Of a stretch of 64,000 nucleotides of DNA, positions 54,301 to 64,000 are shown one piece after another (within the stretch, counting starts at the first letter, position 1; each line of letters starts with the position of its first letter). The notes under the pieces were generated by a model. The model was not told the DNA's origin. It saw nothing but the letters and a program-made list of their open reading frames with translations, and did no database searches. The translations under genes and the position numbers were made by a program. Source of the stretch: Paragordius varius. Lineage: Eukaryota > Animalia > Nematomorpha. Location of the stretch: assembly GCA_964247055.1 (NCBI GenBank), contig OZ176050.1, positions 6,634,001 to 6,698,000 on the forward strand, given 5' to 3'.

Positions 54301-55936
54301 ATCAAGATTCAAAAATATGGCAGTCTTTATTAAAAAATATTTGTATACTAGTTTTTACTTTTGTCTTTATAAGGTCAATTTTTTGTAATAAATAATTTAA
54401 AAAAAGATATGGATAAATATATTTAATATAACATATGATATTATTATATATATGAAAAATCATAAGGTTATATGAACAAAATCAATAAAAATATGATGGT
54501 TTACATAAGAATATATCTTTTAATTTTTACATTTTAATTTTTATTGTAATTAATCTTGTGAAAAAGACGTGGAAAATATATATTGTTGTGTAACAAAAAA
54601 GTTATATTGTATATATATATATATATATGTATATGTAACATATGTAGAAATAATCCTAATTATGTAAATCGTAACAATAACCGTCAATCTCAAAGTTTGG
54701 CCCAGAATAACCAATACAATGCACGGCGAGGATCGGTTCCTATTCAAAGGTATTGATCTTATATTCAAATTTGTTCAATAAATATATAATTAAATTATAT
54801 ATATATCAGGTACAATAACCAAGGTGGACAAATGAATTATCAAGGTCAAGGCAATAATCGTACCATGGGGTAAGAAATTTAATTTTTTTAAAAATTTACT
54901 AAAAATATCATGGTATTATTTAAAGTTAGAAATAATTGAATTTATTTAAAACATGTCGAATATACTTCAAGTAATTTTTGACAATTTAAAAATAAAACAA
55001 TATACTAAATTAGACAAAAAGTTACTAAAATAGTTTGGGTACTATTTTGTTCAGATAATAATGTGATTAATTTTAATCGGAAAATTAGGTTTTCATAATA
55101 ATTACTTTTGTATTCGATTTTCATTATTTTAGGTTGTTTTGGTTTGATCCTTTAAATGAATATATGCTTCTAATTGATAAACACGAGGAAATATGAGTTC
55201 TATTTTACCGGTTATAAATTCCTTTATGACTGAGCAGTTTGAAAAAGTTTGATCTCATGTTTTTTCGGATATTAAATATATATACAATGGTAAAGTAAAG
55301 TTTACATTAGTTAATTGTTATTACTATATTAATTATCAAAATTATTAACGCCAAGGGTTAATTTTGTTTTGTCCCTAAGTTACAAATGTATTTGCGTTTG
55401 TGTGTTAACAAATATTTGTAATTAGGATCGTAATTTACTCCATTTGTAACCGGTTTTTTGGTCAAAACCCATTATATATTTTGTCCATTTTACCCACAGA
55501 TTATTGGATTTAATATTAAAAATCTTTTTAAATTTATAGACCTCCACCCACATCTAACATGCGAAGGGGTCCTTCTCATGAGAATGCCTCTTCTGGTTTC
55601 CGTATCGCTAAGCCACCCCTTCAACAGCACGGCTCGTATGGGGGAAGGAACAATAGTAATAACCAATATGGTAATAATGGTACAAACAATAATCAATATG
55701 GTGGTGCTGGAAATATGGGATCTGAAAAGGATACATCATTCGTAAGTTTCAATAAATGTTACTTTTATATAGAAATGTACATAGAGTATGGAAGCAATGT
55801 ATTTAGTTTATTTTAATGTGGGTAAATTATTAAAAAGGTCAATTAATCAAATTTAAATACATTGAGTATTATATTTGACCTTTCTTAGAAGACAATCATC
55901 TTACGATCCAATAATTATTTGATTTTATGTGGATAA
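45359..55936 (+). CDS. EIF4B: Eukaryotic translation initiation factor 4B-like, ~780 aa, 24 exons: 45359-45371, 45399-45494, 45521-45699, 45723-45812, 45840-45885, 45913-45966, 47882-47965, 48546-48659, 49231-49308, 49627-49770, 50117-50167, 50655-50747, 51159-51330, 51621-51638, 52027-52118, 52256-52319, 52722-52785, 53009-53091, 53371-53582, 53999-54185, 54648-54749, 54810-54869, 55540-55741, 55889-55936 (last exon uncertain)
   Basis: MAVSTKKKGKKT, NWGEEM, FPSAPRAA, IPDEPPY..VSNMP (RRM), YIEFGNKSDLMKAL, RTKLVLEPRT and SIFGGAKPVDT are eIF4B hallmarks. All junctions are GT-AG and phase-compatible (2346 nt). Confidence 0.85.
46034..46198. mobile_element. 165-bp MITE with ~57-bp near-perfect TIRs, in eIF4B intron 6
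   Basis: TA|CAGTAGCGTATGCAGTAAAAGATTGTTAGTGCAAAATAATCTTAAA and its reverse complement ending CGCTACTG|TA. A related terminus occurs near 48863. Confidence 0.85.
47550..47811. mobile_element. hAT-type MITE in eIF4B intron 6
   Basis: CAGGGTCGTTTAACACGCGGGCCGC ... GCGGCCCG...GTTGGGCACCCT. Confidence 0.55.
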
Positions 55937-56646
55937 ATGCTACATTTTTATTTTTTTAATTAACATTTTAGGGTTATTATTTGTCATTTGTTTTGTCTTA
56001 TTACGTCTACCCAACATTTCGCTTAATACCTTAAAAAACTCGATCATAAATTTATTAAAAAATGTATTAATTACATAAAAACTCTTTTTAACCTTAATAG
56101 TTTGAAATATAAAATTATATTCACTTAACACAAATTAAAGGTTAAACCACACAAGTTTTCCAATATCGCTTTTAATATCTTAAAATATATATTGTAAAAA
56201 ATTTATTATTAAAAATATTTTTTTCGTAAATAACTGGATATATGTTATTATTGTCAATATATCACATGTTACCACAGCGCATTATCGGTCCTATGTGTTT
56301 GTGTTAACAAAACTCCATTAAGTTTTGCATATGTATGACCTCTAGATCTACAATAAAATATAGTATTATTGTTTTTGATTCTTATTTGCGACCCCTAAGG
56401 TGTACAACATGCAATCAGCCACCATCAATATAATCAATATTTCGCAAAATATGATTCCTTGATTATAATTATTTTTAAATGAAACTTGGTGACTCGTTCG
56501 CTCTGATAAATATGTCAAAAATGGACCTTTAAGAGCAGCAACATAGACAGGCATGTCATATTATTCGAAAATTGCATGTCTATGCTGTTTTTGGGTATTA
56601 TTTAATATGTTTTAACGCGGGACAAAGTAAAAAGAATTTAGATATA

Positions 56647-57740
56647 CCATTTCCCAGTCAAAAAAACGTTTTCCCAATCAATCGAAACGTTTTCACAGTC
56701 AATAAAAACAGTTTTATTTTTGATGATAAATATCAAAACAAGATATAAAAATAACTTAACCATTATCAGCGTAATATTAGGATATTATTTTTTATAAAAA
56801 CACAATTATGACAGTTTTCCCAATTATATTCCATACACAATCATTAATGACTTATAAAAGTTATATTTTTTGGAATTTGAGATATAATATTTTTTATTTT
56901 ATCGATGGTTTCCATTAATATTTGCGGCTAACTTACATAATCTATAGTTACGGATGAAATAATAAAATTTATAAAAATATACCATTTTTATCTCAAAGGT
57001 CATTTAACACTTCATATTGGATATTAAACTAAAATTTTACCCTAATTTTATAATATTTATCATTTGGTTTATAGCGGGCCCAACGCTGCCTTCCTAGTTT
57101 CTTAGTGTGGCCCGCTTTGGAAATCCATATGCAAAATATGCCCAAAAAATCTTAGTAATATTCATAATTCTTAGGCATTTATTCTGAACGAGTCTATTAA
57201 ATTGGTAACGAATTTAAAAAAATTGTTATATTGTGTTTGTATTTTACAGTCTTATGTCTAATCAAGTTATTTATGAATGCCCGTATATACTCCGAATGCG
57301 AAACGCCATGCTTTTTGAGTTAAAAATGCGGCCCGCGAAGCCATTTGGTTGGATACCCCTTTTAGTTAAATATCTTTTCAATAAATATTTTAATCAAAAA
57401 CAATTTTTTAGATGTTTTTCCGACAGTATTTTTATCGACAAACTTGACTAAAAAGTGTTTTAAAGCGTTTGGCAAATATTAATGCGAACCATCGATAAAA
57501 TAAAAATTATCTTAAAAACATCTCATATTCCAAATTAACTTTGGAATAAGTCATAAATGATTGAGGTTGGAATATAATTGGAAAAACTGTCATTCAAATG
57601 TTTTTATAAAAAATAATATCCTAATATTACGCTGATATTTATTGACTGGCAAAACGTTTTTATTGATTTGGAAAATGTTTTGATAGACTGGGCAAACGTT
57701 TTGATTGATTGGGAAAATGTTTATTTTGACTGGGAAATGG
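56647..57740. mobile_element. Fold-back element with ~21-bp subterminal tandem repeats and a nested hAT MITE (~57075-57360)
   Basis: TATA|CCATTTCCCAGTCAA ... TTGACTGGGAAATGG|TATA. Inverted arms of ~190 bp carry repeated TTGAYTGGGAAAACGTTT units. The central GCGGCCCGCG...GTTGGATACCCCT is the reverse complement of the start of 59544-59841. Confidence 0.7.
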
Positions 57741-59118
57741 TATATATTGGAAAATGAGATTTGGCGATAATGGCTGATTATTTTGAATATTATTGGAGGT
57801 GCAAATAAAGATTATAAATTAAGCAAATAAATATTTTTTGTTGAATATAAATTTTATTGCAAATCAGACACCCGCTTTACAAATATACGGACTTTTATGA
57901 AAAAATACAAGTTTTTCTGAAATTTTATTTGTTTACCATAAAAAAGACTTGTTTCAATGACCATTATTTTTATCCACGTTTAACGGTTTATATTTTTATT
58001 AATATATTGATTTTGAAATGATTTATGGTTTTATTTTAGATTACGAATACGGGTATTGGGATTTTTTAAAAAACGAACGATTTTAGGTGTGCTTATGCTA
58101 CAAATATTGACTGGTTTTTTGAATATTTAATTTATATATTAGTAAAACCATCCTGTTAGAATGTTTGCCTTGATTTTGTTTTCATAAGTTTTATTCATCT
58201 CAAATCGCTTATTTTAAATAAAATTAGCCAGGGGAATAAAAGATTGGAAAAACTTTCAAAGGGGTATTTTCATTTAATGGTGAATCCCCATAAAAGTGAT
58301 TAACGGAATAGAATCTATAATTTTGTTTAAATATATTTTCGACAATACAAACAAGTTCCGTGCTTGTTAGTGACTGGTTTGACAGAACAATTTGATTATA
58401 TATTTGGTATTCTTACGTGTTTTGTATTAATTTAATAGAATATTTGCAACACCAACAAATATCTTTTACTTGAAACGGAAGAATAACAGCATATGGGTAA
58501 ACGAAAAAGCCTATGAACATCAATTTTTTTACAATCTAACAGTTTTTAAGCGGGCACGATTTAGACACATTATTCATTGTCTTTTTACAAATTCCTAGCT
58601 ATCTTTTATATATATGTTCGATGTGCATTTTATATACACAAAAGGATATCTAATGTAGTCCTAAATATGTTTATTTTTTGTAAAACTTTTTTGCAACCAT
58701 TATCCTTGATGTGTGTTTATAAAAAATGAAGTTTATAATTTCAAAATCCAAATTTTATTTGTTTCATTGCCTAATACCATGAAAAATTCATTATTTGTTA
58801 TATAATTATATTTAATTTTAATACAATAAAATTATTATTATTATATTCATACTTTTATTCAATATTGTGTAATAAATGCAATTTTTTATATATTTGATGG
58901 CTTTATTAAAGTTTAGAACAATGGGATGATTTCTTTCACATTCATTATTCAATTAAAAGATTTATAGGTCCTTTTGTTAACTTTAAGCATTGAGGAAATC
59001 AGTATAATGAATTTCCATTTAAAATTTTGCATCTTGTATATCCATTCCATAGTCCGTTTAAACTTTTCAATAGGATCCATAGATACTGAGTAGAATTTAT
59101 ATAATTATGATTATATAG

Positions 59119-61840
59119 TACAAAAGTTAATAGCATCCTAAATAATGATCGAAATCAGAAGAGGGGAGATAAGTATGAAAAATCCGTTGCCGAGGCTTAT
59201 TATGGTTTTTGGGATCCTAATTCTTTGGTGCAAGACAGAAATAGAAACGCATACACTAAACCATTGGATGAAGAGGGGGACCCCTGTTGGTTAACCGAAA
59301 AACAGGCTTTAAAGTCTGGTTATATCAGTATGGATTATTCAGACATGGTTAAATTAATACGTGATAAATATATGGTACTTCCTAGGTATATTCGGGATCC
59401 CACCGCTACTCTACAATTAAATGAACCAAATCGACAATATTTCTCACAAGTCAAACAGGATATTCATTTAGAAACGATTTTCAAGCGAAAAGTATATATT
59501 ACCATTTGCTTAATAAAAAAAGTATAGTTTTATGTGTATAGATGAGGGGTGTTCAACACAAATGGCTTTGTGGGCCGCATTTTTAGCTCAAAAAACCCGA
59601 CGTGTTGCATTCGAAAAATATATTATCGGGATTAAGAAAGTTATTGGAGTTCGTACAGAGGACGCTCAAAAAATTTACGAACACAATATAACTATATTTA
59701 TTAAAACAGTTTTTGCTACTTGATTGCCAAAATTTAGCTAGGAAATTTTAAATTTATTTAGATTTTTAAATTTTATAATTGGTAATTTTTATATTTTTCG
59801 CGGGATGCCGATGAATATTGGAGGTCTGATGGACACCCCTGATATAGATGAATAAATTTTGGGTATAATAGAAAAATTATTGAGACAACACGATCCTTTT
59901 TATTTATCAAAATATTATACTAAACCATGTTTTAATTTTTTGAATCTAAAACAACTTTCTTAAATTAAAAGTATAACATGAAATTCGACAGATTTTCTAA
60001 GTTAAAGTATATAAATTTTATAGGAACGAAATCGTATTTTTTGTTTTAAATAAAATAGGTTGTAAATTATTATCAGGTCTTAAAAAATTATCAAAACATT
60101 CATCAAAACTTCTGGAATTAGATCAAGTTATATATAGCAATTTTCAATATTTATGAAAATATTTAAACAAAAATATTATAAAAATAAGGCTGTTTATCAT
60201 ATTTACAAAAAAGCCGTTAAAAAATTAGTGTTTTGGTATTTCATCAATTTTTTAAAAATTTTATGGGTTATTCAGTTTTTTTTCATCAATGTAAATTTTT
60301 ACTTTGTTTGATTGAATTTATCTCTCATGAAATCCTGACATACATCTTTAACACTATTGGCTGTATTTTGTTTTCAGCTATTTTAAAAAGAATATAATAT
60401 TTATTTTGGAAGATGGAATTCTGTTTCTTAGACTAAAATTAAATCCATATAATATCTTAAATTCATTAACTAAGAGCTTTTGAATCCTTCATATCACCCC
60501 TACATATTAATTTTGATCAACACTTCAAATATGTCTTACAAATTACAATAATTTTGCCAATTAAAATGTAACGATGATGCATTTTCATGTCGAAATTTAA
60601 GATTTCGTTTTGATAAAACAGCGTTTAAATATGGCAACCAGGCGGGTCATTATTATGTCATAGATCAAAAACTTGGGCTAGTTTACACAAATGTTTTAAA
60701 AATGTATTAACTTCATATTAAGCAAATTTCGACTTTTTGCACAATAACTACACTGGATTCACCCCTAACGCCCCAATTATGCGATATATACAATTTAATT
60801 CCAATATTTGGCTCATTTTAGGGGTCTCATAACACCCACAATATCCTGATCTATAAATGATTATAACATAAAATCCAGCTTATTCAAAAATCGAAAATTT
60901 ATGATGATGCTATGACCTCATTAGTTAATAGATATTAAATTAAATTTGTATTAATAAAACCGAATTCTTTTTGATCAATTAAAACCAAATTATTACTAAC
61001 TTTAGACCTTAGCAATAATTAAAAAATTAAAGTTAACTAAGAATTTAAAGTTGTAAAACAATAACCAAACATATGTTACAGGTAATAATTTTTTACAAAA
61101 AGAGTCAAATTGCTACTAAAGCCAAAATTATGATATATCATTATGTAATAATCAATATTTAATTTATACAAGAAAAATGGGATATTTATTGAAGCGGGAG
61201 CACACGACGGAGAATTTTTGTCTAATACCCTGTTTTTCGAAAAATATCTTAACTGGACAGGAGTTTTAATTGAAGCTGATGCAGAAAGGTTTGAAGAATT
61301 GAAAACTAAAAATCGTGACAGTTATCTAGTTAATGCATGTTTAAGCCCCTATCGACATCCAATTCAAGTGAGTTAAAGAAAATATTAATTTTTTGTTTAT
61401 CATTATTATTTAATAATATATAGTTACTCATCTATATAAATTACTGTATTTACCGTTCAAATTAAATATCGTTTTATTATGACGTTCGATAGATTGACTT
61501 TCCCAGAAATTATTCGATAAAAGATTACAATGTCCGTTGGTCAACGGATACATTTAGGTCACAATGTTTCCCCTTATACTCTATTTTGTTGGCTACTCAA
61601 CCGCCAACGCTTAACATTGATTTCATGAGTTTGGATATTGAGGGAGCCGAATTCGACGTGCTTCAAACCATACCTTGGAACAAAGTTAATATATCCGTTC
61701 TTGTGGTAGAATATAAACAATACCCGTTTCCAATCAATTACAAACGCAAGTATGATATGATTGATTTCTTGAATAATTTGGGATATGTGCAACTTACTGA
61801 TAATAATCAGGACATCTTTTTTGTCCGAAAAGATTTGTAA
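59119..61840 (+). CDS. FkbM-family (Star-like) SAM-dependent methyltransferase-domain protein; exons 59119-59491, 61173-61367, 61493-61840; 5' exon(s) not located
   Basis: YFSQVKQD...IFKRK|KNGIFIEAGAHDGEFLSNTLFFEKYLNWTGVLIEAD; NACLS; QCFPLYSILLA; IDFMSLDIEGAEFDVLQTIPWNKVNISVLVVEY. Confidence 0.85.
59544..59841. mobile_element. hAT MITE with 8-bp target-site duplication, in FkbM intron
   Basis: GAGGGGTGTTCAAC ... GGACACCCCTG termini; flanks GTATAGAT and ATATAGAT match at 7/8 positions. Confidence 0.7.
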
Positions 61841-61895
61841 TATTATCGCATAACATATATTTATTTTATAAATATTATAAATTAAATAATAAATT

Positions 61896-62633
61896 TTACA
61901 CGGACGTTTTAGTTGTTTTTTTAGCTTTTGCTCGTCGATTTTGGAACCAGGTTATGACTTGGTTGGAGTTAAGTTTGAGTTTTTGGCACAATTCATCTCT
62001 ATCAAAGGGCGATAAATATTTTTGAGTTTCAAAACGGGCTTCTAATTCTTTCAATTGGTAGGTGGTAAAAGCTGTTCTAACTTTTCGTCTTTTTGGGAAT
62101 GGATAGGTCATACCAGGCAAGTTCTTGAAAAACGGTGTTGAGCTATGTTTACTCAACTCCGAATAACATTGTAATAAGGTATTTTGATAATAATTAGCCA
62201 ACAATGTATAATCTTTTGTGTTAACAATTTTGCGTTTTAAGCCGTCTGCGCGCGCTGATGTTTTGATCGATTTTAGATAAGGATTTAATATAGATTGAGT
62301 ATCTCTTTGTAGAGTATCCGGATTTTTAATAATTTTATCTTTAATTTCATTAGGTATTGAAAACGTTGGTGTGGAAAAATTTGATTGAAATTGTTTTGCT
62401 GGATTGTTGGATAAGTCGCATACGTTATTTGTAATGAAATTTAAATTTGGATTAGAAAACAATAGTGATTTATAGTAAAAATGGTTGTGGCAAGATGGTA
62501 TTGAAAAATAATCAAATGGATTAATAGGCAATTTATTTTCCGCCGCGTTTGACAATCTCTCGAAGTGATTGCGGGTGAGAGTTGGATTATCTTCTACGAT
62601 GGATTTGTCCAAGATTTTATTTATGGTGAACAT
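61896..62633 (-). CDS. Lbx: Ladybird (Lbx) NK-class homeodomain transcription factor, 245 aa, single coding exon
   Basis: N-terminal eh1-like FTINKIL. Homeodomain KRRKVRTAFTTYQLKELEARFETQKYLSPFDRDELCQKLKLNSNQVITWFQNRRAK carries the Lbx-type KYLSP.DRD and VITWFQNRRAK. Confidence 0.88.
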   Translation of the reverse strand: MFTINKILDKSIVEDNPTLTRNHFERLSNAAENKLPINPFDYFSIPSCHNHFYYKSLLFSNPNLNFITNNVCDLSNNPAKQFQSNFSTPTFSIPNEIKDKIIKNPDTLQRDTQSILNPYLKSIKTSARADGLKRKIVNTKDYTLLANYYQNTLLQCYSELSKHSSTPFFKNLPGMTYPFPKRRKVRTAFTTYQLKELEARFETQKYLSPFDRDELCQKLKLNSNQVITWFQNRRAKAKKTTKTSV

Positions 62634-64000
62634 ATAAAATGATTTTAGTTAATTAATTATGAATAATCAATTTCGATTGCAGTAGGAATACTGATTTATT
62701 AGTTTTTGGAAACCCAAAATAGATCTGTAGTCTTGGTAAAAACAAAATGCTCTTCTTTAAAATTAAATAAGGGGATGTTTATTTTTTCTTAAATTTAATC
62801 AATGTGAATCATACAAAAAATTAAAAGCACCGCAAACGTTTCGTTTACCCCTTCTATACTTATCATATATATTTTGAGACAATTAGTCTTTAAAGGGTTG
62901 TAATGATTACTACTTTACACCTTGTTCCAAATATAGGGGATACATGTTAAATGTTTAAAAAGAGTATAATACAATATTAATAAAAGAAACTCTAGTAAAA
63001 ACATGGATTCTATACCTCAAAACATTTGAGATTTTACTTTAATGCACTCTAGGCAGCATCCAAAACATATTTTTTTGGATGTGGTTACAATATATGTAAA
63101 AAAATTGCCATGTGTGTTTGGGTATAAATTTGTCCATATTTAAATATTCGACGCCAAAATGCTCGACAAAATGGCATATTAGTGTTACAACAATATACCT
63201 ATACCATATTGCGATTCCGAAAAAAGGCATTAACAAAACCTTTTAATAAAAGGCCACAAGATTTGGATATCTTTATTTTATATATAGTTATTTGAATATA
63301 TATTTATACACAACAACTCAAAATGTTGGTGACTTTAAGGCTCCCGCTGAGAAAGTTTGGCTGTCATCAAGATTTTCCTGACTTTCAAGTACCATCTAAT
63401 GTCTCTCCCCCAAATAGATATAGTGTGTCAAATTAAATGTGTTTTTATTACACATATTATAATCATTTTTTGTATAAAAATTTATTATATCATAAGAAAT
63501 TAATTTTAAATACAATAATTTATTCATTCTTTACCCAAAATTATATATATGACATAAGGTGCGTTTTTGTGGTCTTTTCATTATTCTATAAATCAAAATT
63601 GTGATTTTGTTTCTTATGAAGTGGTAAAAACATAAACAGCCATAACTCTAATATGGATTGTATAAAAATTTTCACTTATTTTATAAAGAATAATCAATTT
63701 GTTTCACATTTTGTTGACTATTGATAATTTTAATGTGTAATTTTTGTGTGAATACGGTATTAATCATATTATAAACAGTTTCAAATTTTAATTCCAAGAA
63801 ACGCTTTTATTCAAAAGATTTGCGCTTAAAAATTATTAATAATTATATACACTTTATGTATTGTTCTCATAATTATAACTGTAATTATTAACGAAATTAC
63901 GAAAAGGTTTTTGGATTGAACAAGCAAGCGGCATTGAGTGTGAAACAATCATTTACACCTTGTAACTCTTTGATACTGTGGAGAGTAAACTCTAAATAAT

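Noticed and set aside
49585-55745. Several ORF-track calls in alternative frames or on the antisense strand (e.g. 49585-49824, 51184-51384, 53340-53581, 55458-55745)
   Set aside because: They are shadows of GC-richer eIF4B exons.
57975-58140. Hydrophobic open segment KKRTILGVLMLQILTGFLN as a possible 5' TM exon of the FkbM gene
   Set aside because: No donor gives the phase needed for the 59119 exon, and a tiny-intron solution runs into a stop.
63039-63236. 65-aa minus-strand ORF upstream of Lbx
   Set aside because: No motif or splice link to Lbx, which already starts with its eh1 motif; likely a chance ORF.

Overview
AT-rich, intron-containing animal (invertebrate-type) genomic DNA; I cannot identify the species. 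The left 38 kb is rich in transposons. It holds a non-autonomous Helitron family with an internal ~160/320-bp tandem array, TTAA-, TA- and hAT-type MITEs, fold-back elements, a fossil mariner, and a Penelope-like insertion carrying a minimal hammerhead motif. It also holds a 3-exon orphan gene starting MGC and an 18-exon receptor tyrosine kinase (Cys-rich + FN3, Torso/Ret/FGFR-like). From 38.8 to 56 kb is a tightly packed housekeeping island: MRPS11 (-), INTS11 (+), nucleobindin (-) and eIF4B (+), with only 47 bp and 60 bp between the head-to-head start codons. A Star-like FkbM methyltransferase gene and a convergent Lbx homeobox gene close the window. The main finding is a two-class intron system. 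In my hand-built gene models, 12 ultrashort GT-AG introns of 21-31 nt lie within ~580 bp of the ATG of MRPS11, NUCB and eIF4B. The other 47 modelled introns are all >=60 nt, and donor-site sequences differ between the classes. All gene models were assembled by eye from reading frame and remembered protein families and need transcript confirmation.
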